64,000 nt of DNA. Source: Octopus sinensis (Eukaryota). Below are positions 1 through 11,088 of the stretch, piece by piece. The stretch covers positions 78,244,001 to 78,308,000 of the forward strand of contig NC_042998.1 of assembly GCF_006345805.1 (NCBI RefSeq), written 5' to 3'. A program made the position numbers and the translations under genes. The first letter of the stretch is position 1. Each line of letters opens with the position of its first letter. A model generated the notes under the pieces. It saw only the letters and a list, made by a program, of their open reading frames with translations, was not told the origin of the DNA and made no database searches.

Positions 1-203
1 TCTCACACACTGTCTTGCAACGCGAAACACCTCCAGTCTTTGGTCCTCACGGCGCAGAACATTGGCAAATTTTTTCTTATCTGCTTCCCCTCTGGCTAGA
101 TAGACCTGTCTCCTAGCTTCCCTTTTGGCAGTCTGATACAATATATATATATATACTTGTACATAGATAGCTAACAGATGGCCTCTTATTAGCTAATTAG
201 CTA

Positions 204-405
204 CGAGGTGTGCTTGAGAAGTTCCTGGCTTTGGGTAAAATAAAATACAGGAGGATCGGTTAATTATGATTTTATTCAAAATATTTCCCTCTCAGATACA
301 CACACTGCAGATTTTCTAAGCCCTGTAAAAGAACCCGAAAGTTTGGCCCTCTAACCATGCCTTTCTTCATACCCTTAAAGCCAGGAACTTTTCAGCACCC
401 CGTCG
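204..405. mobile_element. mariner-derived MITE (~200 bp, TA-flanked)
   Basis: Imperfect TIRs TA|CGAGGTGTGCTTGAGAAGTTCCTGGCTTTGGG and CCCTTAAAGCCAGGAACTTTTCAGCACCCCGTCG|TA; no ORF; second copy at 53000-53186. Confidence 0.8.
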
Positions 406-581
406 TAACTGTATCGATACACAAGTATACTTCTAACGAATTTTCACCGAAATTATGAAACACTAAATTGCATTTGAACTTAGAGCAAAGAAGAATTTAA
501 ACTTCAAGTTACGCTTTACAATTTCTGCTACAAGACATAATAGCACTTCTTCCCTGTAATTCTTTACTTACTCTGCTTATA

Positions 582-777
582 TACTCTTTTACTCTTTTAC
601 TTGTTTCAGTCATTTGACTGCGGTCATGCTGGAGCACCGCCTTTAGTCGAGCAAATCGACCCCGGGACTTATTCTTTGTAGCCCAGTACTTATTCTATCG
701 GTCTCTTTTGCCGAACCGCTAAGTGACGGGACGTAAACACACCAGCATCGGTTGTCAAGCGATGTTCGGGGGGACAA

Positions 778-808
<31 letters not shown>

Positions 809-980
809 CACATATACGATGGACTTCTTTAAGTTTCCGTCTACCAAATCCACTCACAAGGCATTGGTCGACCCGGGGCTATAGCAGAAGACACTTGCCC
901 AAGATGCCACGCAGTGGGACTGAATCCGGAACCATGTGGTTGGTTAGCAAGCTACTTACCACACAGCCACTCCTGCGCCT
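582..980 (-). mobile_element. tRNA-derived SINE, family A (octopus OK/OR-like)
   Basis: Minus strand: A-box TGGCTGTGTGGTAAG, B-box GGTTCCGGATTCAGTCCC, TTGGGCAAGTGTC core, internal microsatellite, tail GGCGGTGCTCCAGCATG..GACTGAAAC, (TAAAAGAG)n end; many copies in window. Confidence 0.85.
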
Positions 981-1378
981 ATATCTATTTATTTATTTAG
1001 TCTAATACCATTCTTAAGTGATCATTCGGAATTTAACTAATTCAAACGAGGCAATAAGAAAATCCATAGCCAGCGGTGACTTAAATTCGGCAAATCAGCA
1101 TTCCCACAACTTTAAGTTATCTATTATATCACAGAAAGCAACACGCAACAAGTAATGCACGTCTATGTTCGTGTGTGCGTGTGTTCGTGTCACTACGCGA
1201 GTATGTGTGTCTGCTTGTGTTTATTTATATGTTGCTAGAGAAGCGGTACAATTCCAGCATTTAAACGCTTGAAACGAAAAATGACGTATCTCTCCTGCAT
1301 TATTTCCCCTCTCCCTTTCGCCATGTGCATACTGTGACCTTCTCCAACACTGCACGCAAAATATACATATATGTCTTC

Positions 1379-1379
<1 letters not shown>

Positions 1380-1419
<40 letters not shown>

Positions 1420-1449
1420 TATATACATACATATAGATAGATAGACAGT

Positions 1450-1537
<88 letters not shown>

Positions 1538-1730
1538 TAGATATATATGCATGTGTGTGTGTGTATATATATATTATATAATATATATAATTCATATATA
1601 TACATTTATATATATATATATCTATACACATACATATATATAAATATATGAATACACATATGTATACACACACATGGATGTATATATATGAATATATATA
1701 TGTATATATATTATTATATATATATATAAA
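1380..1730. repeat. compound (TA)n/(GATA)n/(TG)n microsatellite
   Basis: Direct reading. Confidence 0.95.
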
Positions 1731-1866
1731 ACATTATTGGTGAATTGAAGAAATGGAGCTGAACGCAGATTGAACAGAAATTGCTGTTTACTGCTGTGAT
1801 TTTTGCTACTAGGTATCGGTTAACTTTTGATTAATCTACAACAAGATTATTCATCTGTTCTATTTC

Positions 1867-1900
<34 letters not shown>

Positions 1901-1944
1901 GTATACATATATGTATTTATATATATATGTGTGTGTGTGTGTGC

Positions 1945-2315
1945 ATGCTGTTAGGAGTTTATTTCCCATCTACAGAGTTTCGGGTTCAGTTCCACTGTGT
2001 GGCACGTTGGGCGCGTGCTTCCTACTTTCGTCCTGACCATAGCCTTGTGAAAGGATTTGGTAGAGGGAAACCGAAAGAAGCCCGATGTGAGTGTATACAT
2101 ATATATATGTGTGTGTGTATATATACATACATACATATATAATATATATTATATATATATATATTTATTGAAATGGATAAATGAATTATCTTGTTACGGA
2201 TTATTCAAATTATAACCGATACCTGGGTAGCAAAAATCACAACAGAAAAATCACGGTTGAGGTTACGACCATGGGGTCTCAAACCGTGCCTTAGTGCGGA
2301 AATTTCTTCCCTCAC

Positions 2316-2350
<35 letters not shown>

Positions 2351-2589
2351 GATAAAACAAGTACCAGGTTTTACAAAAAACTAAACTGGATCTCATGTCA
2401 GGGGTTCCAGATGAACCTACCTCTCGGCAGGAAACACAGATGCGGGCAGCGGCGACGAACACCTTTCTTGACCAAGTGTCACGTATCAGAGGTGGTTTCA
2501 GATACTACTGTAGGACATTAAACGGTGGTGCCCCACCATGGCCGAAGCATTCGGGCGGAAACATTTTTAAGGATTTAAGGATGTATATT

Positions 2590-2638
<49 letters not shown>

Positions 2639-2648
2639 TTATATATAC

Positions 2649-2686
<38 letters not shown>

Positions 2687-2960
2687 ATATATATATATAT
2701 ATTTTATATATATGTTATATTTATATATATAAATTGATTTTATATATATGTATATGAATGTATGTATGTATGTATTTATATATATATGTATGTATGTGTG
2801 TGTGTCTTTGCGTTTTTCCCCCACAACTGCTTGACAAGCGGCGATGGCGGGTATATGTTACCTAGCGGTTTGATAAAATATATTGATAAAAGAAGTACCA
2901 CGCTTTACAAAAAAATGAGGATTAGGTTTGATTCGTTGGATACAAGTAAAGGAATAACAT
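1945..2960 (+). mobile_element. degenerate family A SINE pieces (head ~1945-2095, 3' part ~2805-2960) split by microsatellites and another insert
   Basis: GGGTTCAGTTCCACTGTGTGGCAC..GGATTTGGTAGAGGGAAAC head; GCTTGACAAGCG..TTAGCGGTTTG body. Confidence 0.5.
2351..2565 (+). mobile_element. SINE/LINE fragment with extended CR1-like 3' tail
   Basis: CCAGATGAACCTACCTCTCGGCAGGAAACACAGATGCGGGCAGC matches the reverse complement of the CR1 3' region at ~32790-32840; ends in the GGTGGTGCCCCACCATGGCC..GGAAAC tail. Confidence 0.6.
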
Positions 2961-3667
2961 AAAAATATGTGCTTGCGCATTTCTGTGAGCGTGTCTATGT
3001 ATGCATATAAATGTGTACATATTTGCTTATTAATCACTTTATCTTTTTCTCTGGCTGTCTGTCTGTCTGCCTATCGATCTATCTATTAATATATATTTAT
3101 AGATAAATATATGTGTGTGTGTGTGTATATAAGTGTAAATTGCCTGTGTGTGCGTGTGTGTATACATATATACGAATATATGTATGTATGTAAATGTATA
3201 TCTATCTATCTATCTCTCTTTCCCTGTTCCTCTCGCCCTATATATATATATATATAGATATATATATATATATATATATACATACAGGATTTTTATATAC
3301 ACATGATATATATATATGATATGATATCTATATTATATTATGTATATATATAATATATATATATATATTGCGGTAAGCCAGCATGGCCACAGCCTTATGG
3401 ACAAAACATATAAAAGAATATATGTTATATGTGAGTGTGTATATATTATATATATATAGTAAGTATGTATGTATATATATATATAATATATATATATATA
3501 TATGGGTGTGTGTGATTGTGTATAGAAGAATATATTAATAAAAAGAATTCCAACCTTGTCTGATTTTCACGTTTTATTTACAATCTTATAATGATATATT
3601 ATAAGATAATATATTATAATTGAATAAAATAAAATGAAATAGTAGAATGTTAAATATTCATTCTGAT

Positions 3668-3711
3668 TGAACTAGTACTTTCATGCATGAATTCTGCAAT
3701 CTTCGGGTTCA
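3668..3711 (-). ncRNA. minimal type-I hammerhead ribozyme (PLE copy 1)
   Basis: Minus strand TGAAC-CCGAAGA-T-TGCA-GAATTCA-TGCA-T-GAAA-GTAC-TA-GTTCA: 5-bp stem I, core boxes, stem II, palindromic stem III. Confidence 0.75.
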
Positions 3712-4210
3712 TGTAGTAGTGTTGACAGTCATGCTTCACAATTTTTGACTGTAGCAAGATGATTGATTCTGTGCTATAAATACAGCTGGGTAGGCTCCAG
3801 AGTGCTAGGTTTTGCAAACTGTATTCTGACCAATCAGTGTGTAGTATCACTCAATTACTTAAGCTGATTGGTTGGTTGAGCTGATGGTTTAGGCATCACG
3901 CTTTGTTGGACATGTCAAGAGTCCTGTATCTTGACCTGGCCGAAGCAGCAATTGTTGGGTTATTTTTAGAAATGTTGTAAATATCCTTTGTCAGAGAGAT
4001 TTTTATATTTTTATATTTCAATTGTCATCATCATCATTGTCAGCACCTTAATTATTGTTGCTAGTGGTGATGGTGGTGGCAATAGAACTTTTAACCCTAA
4101 ATAAGATATTTTCCTGCTATCTTCGTCTTGATCACCTTTAGTATTGTTGTTGTTGTTAGTGGTCATGGTCGTAGCAGTGGAAGTAATACCTCTAAGTATT
4201 ATTATTATTA

Positions 4211-7200
4211 TTATTGCTTATTTAGCTTGGGTTCGAATTTATCAATAAAATTCTTTTCTCTGATTTTCCTCTCGATTTCACTTGGGCTGTGTAATTTGTA
4301 GAATGGAAATTATATATATTTTCCGACCACATGTTGCTAGGTGGTACTCAAAGGTATCTGACGGACCTCTGGGTCTCTAATCTGTTGCCGGGTACACGTG
4401 AGCGTTCTAATAGTGCGTTTCCCGTCTGACCTACATATATTTTCTTCACATTTGGGCATTTGATGCAGTAAATTAAATTTCTGCTTTGCAGTTCATATTC
4501 GCGTTTGTGAATATTTTCCCGGTTTTGTGTTTATATATTGACCGGTATGTATGAATTGGTGTGGCCACATCGGCTATCATTGCATTTAGACCGTGAATGT
4601 TGGTCTTTGTTGCTGAGGTCAAATTTGCCTTTGTTAGTAATGTTTTCAAGTTTTTAGGCTGTCTTTTACTAAGCACCATAGCTCGATCCGTGATTATGTC
4701 TTTTAATTCATTACTTTGGGCAATGATTGGTAGGTTTGCTTTGGCAATGTTGAAGATATTCTGGTGACATGGGTTGTGTGTCACTATGAATGGTATGACT
4801 TGTTCTTGTTTTCCTCTTCCTTGGGTTGTCCTAAGTTGTTGTATAGGTATTTTTATAGCCCGCTGTATGCCATTTCTATAAGTAGAGATGGGTATTTTTG
4901 TTTGAGCAAAAATTCTCTTAGTTCTATTAGGCGTTTTGCCTGATATTTGCATCTTCTACAATAGTACAAATTCTTCTGGCTAGGCAGTATGGGATGTTAC
5001 TTTGTATGTGGTGGATGGCACGACTTAAAATTTAGGTATTGATGTGTGTCTGTGTGTTTATAGTATATATCTGTGGTGATGGTGGTGTCTTTTTTAATTA
5101 CCATTATATCCAGGAATGGTAATTTGGTACTACTCATCTCCTTTGTAAATTGGAGAGATGGGTGTAGGTTGTTCAGGAGGATATTGAACTCTTCCAGAGT
5201 ATTTAGGATTCTGTCCAGATTATGAAACAGTCGTCTAGGATCTCTTCCATGCCTTTTCAATATACTTTCTAAACCCAGTGCCATAGTTACCTCCACCTCT
5301 TGGTAGAGTTGTTCTTCTAAGTATCCCATTACAGAGTTGGCGTAAACGGGAGCAAACCTCGTTCCCATCGCCGTGCCTCTAATTTGGATGTAATTCTTTC
5401 CATTGAAGAAGAATGTGTTATTTTCTAGAATAAGCTTGACTGTGTCTAATATAAATGGCACTGTGAATCTGCTGGGAATCACTTCTCTATGTTTTTCTAA
5501 CCAGTATTTAATCGCCTTTATTCCTAAATCGTGTGGAATATTGGTGTAGAGGCTTACCACATCAAAACTTAGTAAAATGAATTTGTTCTGTTGTTTTGGG
5601 AAGATGGGACAGGAAGTCGATGTCATCCCTGATGAAACTTGGTATGTAAGTACATAGTGGTTTCAAAACAATGTCAATAAAATTGCTAGACGGTGTGTAG
5701 GCATGCTGGACCAGCTATAATAGGTCTAAGTTTTAGGTCTTTTGGATGTAATAATTTTATGTACTCACTTTCTTGTTCTTTACTGCCTGTTGAATGTTTT
5801 TTGATTTGTGTATTTTTGGTAAGCCGTAGAAGTTGCTGGGTTTTGGTTCAAAATGGTGATGTAGTCTTTTTCATTATCCGTAAGTGAGTTGTGGTGTGTT
5901 GAAATCAGGTTGTTGATCTTTTTCATGATGTGGTGGTCTATATTTGCGGGTATTTCACATAGAAGGTTGTATCCTTCAGTTGGTCTTCAACCAAATCCTT
6001 ATAGTATTCGGTATCCATAATAACAATTGCACCACCTTTATCTGCTTGTTTAATTATTATGTTTGATCGTTTTGTATACGTTTACATGCAGCATCTCTGA
6101 TTTGCTAATGTTTGGCCTAACATTGGTATTGCGTCTAAGGGGAAATTTAGACAGGAATCAAGTATTGGTCAAGGTAGTTATTCTTCCTTTTGGTGGGTGA
6201 AATTGATTTATCCTTACTAGGGATTCATCAATCTCATACTTTTGTTAGCGAAGAATTCTACAAGTCGTAATTTTCGACAGAATTTTGGATATCTCCTTTA
6301 ATTCTTGGTGGTTGGCTGTTTGGTGTAGGTGTGAATTCAGTCCTTTTGACAGAAGTTGGATTTCATCATTGTCAAAATCTCTTTTTGATAAATTAATTAT
6401 TTTAGGATCTATACGTTCAGTTGTTTGGGGTATGTTTCCTCTTGGATTTTTTCTTTCTCCGGTGTTTGTTGTCCGACGTAAAAAAATGGATTTTTTTCTG
6501 GTTATGATTTATATTCCTGTTGATGTTTGCTTGATGAATTTTGCGTTTTGGTTGTGGTACTTTACTTGGTTTCGTTATGTTTTCTGTCTTGTTTTTGGTA
6601 TTATGTATGCTACTTTTCAATTTCTTGTTAGCATTGTTTTTACCACCTGGAGAAATGATCTGGTTTACTTCTAGATCTAGATCGGTTTTTTGTCCAGTTT
6701 CTTGTGGGTAATCTCTGTTGAGGTCTGAAAATGATCTGTTTTTTACTGCTAATGGTCTGTTCAAAACAATATCTATTTTGTTTGTGCTTTTTGTTCCTGT
6801 TGTGGCATTGGGGTGTTTGCATACAAAATGGGAAGAGTTCTTACCGTAGTTCGTCTTCGATTCGTGGTGAAACAGGTGTTCATGTTGCCACGTGTTCTGG
6901 TGTATGTTGCGTTGGTGAGGTTGTCCACTTTTAATGCTATTCTCGGAGCTCTGTGTCTTTACCGTAGTTGTAGCATTGTATTTTGTGCGAGAAATAATTG
7001 TTTCCGCTGCCAAAACTTTCTTGATCTGCTTTCTTCTTTTGAGATATCTCTGATCCATAGTTCTCGCATTTTTTCTGCTATATTGCCGGTCGTTAGTTTG
7101 GATATTTCATCTCTGATTTGATCATCGATAGCTTCGTATTGGCTTGTAGCGGATTGTTTAGACAGGGTAATGGAGATGTCGGTCCTGAATTTTATCAAAC

Positions 7201-7249
7201 TAAGGTCCCATCGAAGTTTAGTTTCTTCCTCTGGTCTCCTGCAATTTCT
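4211..7249 (-). pseudogene. PLE RT-GIY-YIG ORF, frameshifted, 5'-truncated
   Basis: ORF track 4997-5626 and 4473-4952 plus manual joining; stop after FEPKLNKQ. Confidence 0.85.
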
Positions 7250-10200
7250 GGGAAGTACCTAATTAAAGAAATTGCAGGAGAACCAGAGGAAGAAACTAAC
7301 TTCGATTGGGACCTTAGTTTGATAAAATTCAGGACCGACATCTCCATTACCCTGTCTAAACAATCCCGCTACAAAGCCAAATACGAAGCTATCGATGATC
7401 AAATCAGAGATGAAATATCCAAACTAACGACCGGCAATATAGCAGAAAAAATGCGAGAACTATGGATCAGAGATATCTCAAAAGAAGAAAGCAGATCAAG
7501 AAAGTTTTGGCAGCGGAAACAATTATTTCTCGACAAATATGCTACAAAACGGTAAAGACAACAGAGCTCCGAGAAATAGCATTAAAAGTGGACAACCTCA
7601 CCAACGCAACATACACCAGAACACGTGGCAACATGAACACCTGTTTCACCACGAATCGAAGACGAACTACGGTAAGAACTCTTCCCATTTGTATGCAAAA
7701 ACCCCAATGACACACAACAGGAACAAAAAGCACAAACAAAATAGATATTGTTTTGAACAGACCATTAGCAGTAGAAATAACAGATCATTTTCAAGACCTC
7801 AACAGAGATTACCCACAAGAAACTGGACAAAAAACCGATCTAGATCTAGAAGTAAACCCAGATCATTTCTCCAGGTGGTTTAAAAACCAATGCTAACAAG
7901 AAATTGAAAGTAGCATACATAATACCCAAAAACAAGACAGAAAACATAACGAAAACCAAGTAAAGTACCACAACCAAAACGCAAAATTCATCAAGCAAAC
8001 ATCAACAGGAATATAAATCATAACCAGAAAAAATCCATTTTTTTACGTCAGGACAACAAACACCGGAGAAAGAAAAAATCCAAGAGGAAACATACCCCAA
8101 ACAACTGAACGGTATAGATCCTAAAATAATAATTTATCAAAAAGAGATTTTGACATGATGAAATCCAACTTCTGTCAAAAGGACTGAAATTCACACCTAC
8201 ACCAACAGCCAACCACCAGAATTAAAAGGAGGATATCCAAAAATTCTGTCGAAAATTACGACTTGTAGAATCTTCGCTAACAAAAGTAATGAGATTGATG
8301 AATCCCTAGTAAGGAATAAATCAAATTTCACCCCACCAAAAGGAAGAAATAACTACCTTGACCAATACATTGATATCCTGTCTAAATTTCCCCTTAGACG
8401 CCAATACCAATGTTAGGCCAAACATTAGCAAATCAGAGATGTCTGCATGTAAACGTATACAAAACGATCAAACAATAATAATTAAACAAGCAGATAAAGG
8501 TGGTGCAATTGTTATTATGGATACCGAATACTATAAGGATTTGGTTGAAGACCAACTGAAGGATACAACCTTCTATGTGAAATACCCCAAATATAGACCA
8601 CCACATCATGAAAAGATCAACAACCTGATTTCAACACACCACAACTCACTTACGGATAATGTGAAAAAGACTACATCACCAATTTGAACCAAAACCCAGC
8701 AACTTCTACGGCTTACCAAAAATACACAAATCAAAAAACATTCAACAGCAGTAAAAGAACAAGAAAGTGAGTACATAAAATTATTACATCCAAAAGACCT
8801 AAAACTTAGACCTATTATAGCTGGTCCAGCATGCCCTACACACGTCTAAGCAATTTTATTGACATTGTTTTGAAACCACTATGTACTTACATACCAAGTT
8901 TCATCAGGGATGACATCGACTTCCTGTCCCATCTTCCCAAAACAACAGAAACAAATTCAGTTTTACTAAGTTTTGATGTGGTAAGCCTCTACACCAATAT
9001 TCCACACGATTTAGGAATAAAGGCGAATTAAATACTGGTTAGAAAAAACATAGAGAAGTGATTCCCAGCAGATTCACAGTGCCATTTATATTAGACACAG
9101 TCAAGCTTATTCTAGAAAATAACACATTCTTCTTCAATGGAAAGAATTACATCCAAATTAGAGGCACGGCGATGGGAACGAGTTTGCTCCCGTTTACGCC
9201 AACTCTGTAATGGGATACTTAGAAGAACAACTCTACCAAGAGGTGGAGGGTAAACTATGGCACTGGGTTTAGAAAGTATATTGAAAAGGCATGGAAGAGA
9301 TACCTAGACGACTGTTTCATAATCTGGACAGAATCTCTAAATACTCTGGAAGAGTTCAATATCCTCCTGAACAACCTACACCCATCTCTCCAATTTACAA
9401 AGGAGATGAGTAGTACCAAATTACCATTCCTGGATATAATGGTAATTAAAAAAGACACCACCATCACCACAGATATATACTATAACACACGACACACATC
9501 AATACCTAAATTTTAAGTCGTGCATCCACCCACATACAAAACGTAACATCCATACTGCCTAGCCAGAAGATTTGTACTATTGTAGAAGATGCAAATATCA
9601 GGAACAAACGCCTAATAGAACTAAGAGAATTTTTGCTCAAACAAAAAATACCCATCTCTACTTATAGAAAATGGCATACAGCGGGCTATAAAAATACCTA
9701 TACAACAACTTAGGACAACCCAAGGAAGAGGAAAACAAGAACAAGTCATACCATTCATAGTGACACACAACCCATGTCACCAGAATATCTTCAACATTGC
9801 CAAAGCAACCTACCAATCATTGCCCAAAGTAATGAATTAAAAGACATAATCACGGATCGAGCTATGGTGCTTAGTAAAAGACAGCCTAAAAACTTGAAAA
9901 AACATTACTAACAAAGGCAAAATTTGACCTCAGCAACAAAGACCAAACATTCACGGTATCTAAATGCAATGATAGCCGATGTGGCACATGCCAATTCATA
10001 CATACCGGTCAATATATAAACACAAAACCGGGAAAATATTCACAAACGCGAATATGAACTGCAAAAGCAGAAATTTAATTACTGCATCAAATGCCCAAAT
10101 GTGAAAGAAATATATGTAGGTCAGACGGGAAACGCACTATTAGAACGCTCACGTGTACACCGGCAACAGATTAGAGACCCAGAGGTCCGTCAGATACCTT

Positions 10201-10665
10201 TGAGTAACCACCTAGCAACATGTGGTCGGAAAATATATATAATATTTCCATTCTACAAATTACACAGCCCAAGTGAAATCGAGAGGAAAATCAGAGAAAA
10301 GAATTTTATTGATAAATTCGAACCCAAGCTAAATAAGCAATAATAATAATAATAATACTTAGAGGTATTACTTCCACTGCTACGACCATGACCACTAACA
10401 ACAACAACAATACTAAAGGTGATCAAGACGAAGATAGCAGGAAAATTATCTTATTTAGGGTTAAAAGTTCTATTGCCACCACCATCACCACTAGCAACAA
10501 TAATTAAGGTGCTGACAATGATGATGATGACAATTGAAATATAAAAAATATAAAAATCTCTGACAAAGGATATTTACAACATTTCTAAAAATAACCAACA
10601 ATTGCTGCTTCGGCCAGGGTCAAGATACAGGACTCTTGACATGTCCAACAAAGCGTGATGCCTAA

Positions 10666-10806
10666 CCAATCAGCTCAACCAACCAATCAGCTTAAGTAAT
10701 TGAGTGATACTACACACTGATTGGTCAGAATACAGTTTGCAAAACCTAGCACTCTGGAGCCTACCCAGCTGTATTTATAGCACAGAATCAATCATCTTGC
10801 TACAGT
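10666..10806 (+). promoter_or_regulatory. putative Pol II promoter in PLE pseudo-LTR
   Basis: CCAATCAG at 10666 and 10683, reverse CTGATTGG at 10717, TATTTATA at 10772, CAGT Inr-like ~31 nt downstream; same motifs in all three copies. Confidence 0.5.
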
Positions 10807-10841
10807 AAAAATTGTGAAGCATGACTGTCAACACTACTACA

Positions 10842-10886
10842 TGAACCCGAAGATTGCAGAATTCAATGCATGAAAGTACTAGTTCA
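10842..10886 (+). ncRNA. minimal type-I hammerhead ribozyme (PLE copy 2)
   Basis: TGAAC-CCGAAGA-T-TGCA-GAATTCAA-TGCA-T-GAAA-GTAC-TA-GTTCA; predicted cut after CUA (A10881). Confidence 0.75.
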
Positions 10887-11088
10887 ATCAGAATGAATAT
10901 TTAACATTCTACTATTTCATTTTATTTTATTCAATTATAATATATTATCTTATAATATATCATTATAAGATTGTAAATAAAACGTGAAAATCAGACAAGG
11001 TTGGAATTCTTTTTATTAATATATTCTTTATACACAATCACACACACCCATATATATATATTCTATATTCCTATTGTGTATATGCAAC

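Larger units (their letters stand above)
3501..7249 (-). mobile_element. Penelope-like element copy 1 (inverted, 5'-truncated)
   Basis: Reverse complement of 7267-11050; RT (SFDVVSLYTNIP, GTAMGTRFAP) and GIY-YIG remnants; ends in (TA)n. Confidence 0.95.
7250..11060 (+). mobile_element. Penelope-like element copy 2 (direct, 5'-truncated), head-to-head with copy 1
   Basis: KQADKGGAIVIMD, YGLPKIHK, RYLDDCF, YVGQTG..FEPKLNKQ (stop 10343); 3' UTR/pseudo-LTR to ~11050. Confidence 0.95.

Noticed and set aside
1235-2962. [16 protein letters not shown] ORFs here and throughout the ORF track (15-19 kb, 24.6 kb, 27.4 kb, 33.5-34.8 kb, 53.1-53.6 kb)
   Set aside because: Translations of (TA)n, (TG)n, (CA)n and (GATA)n microsatellites that lack stops by composition
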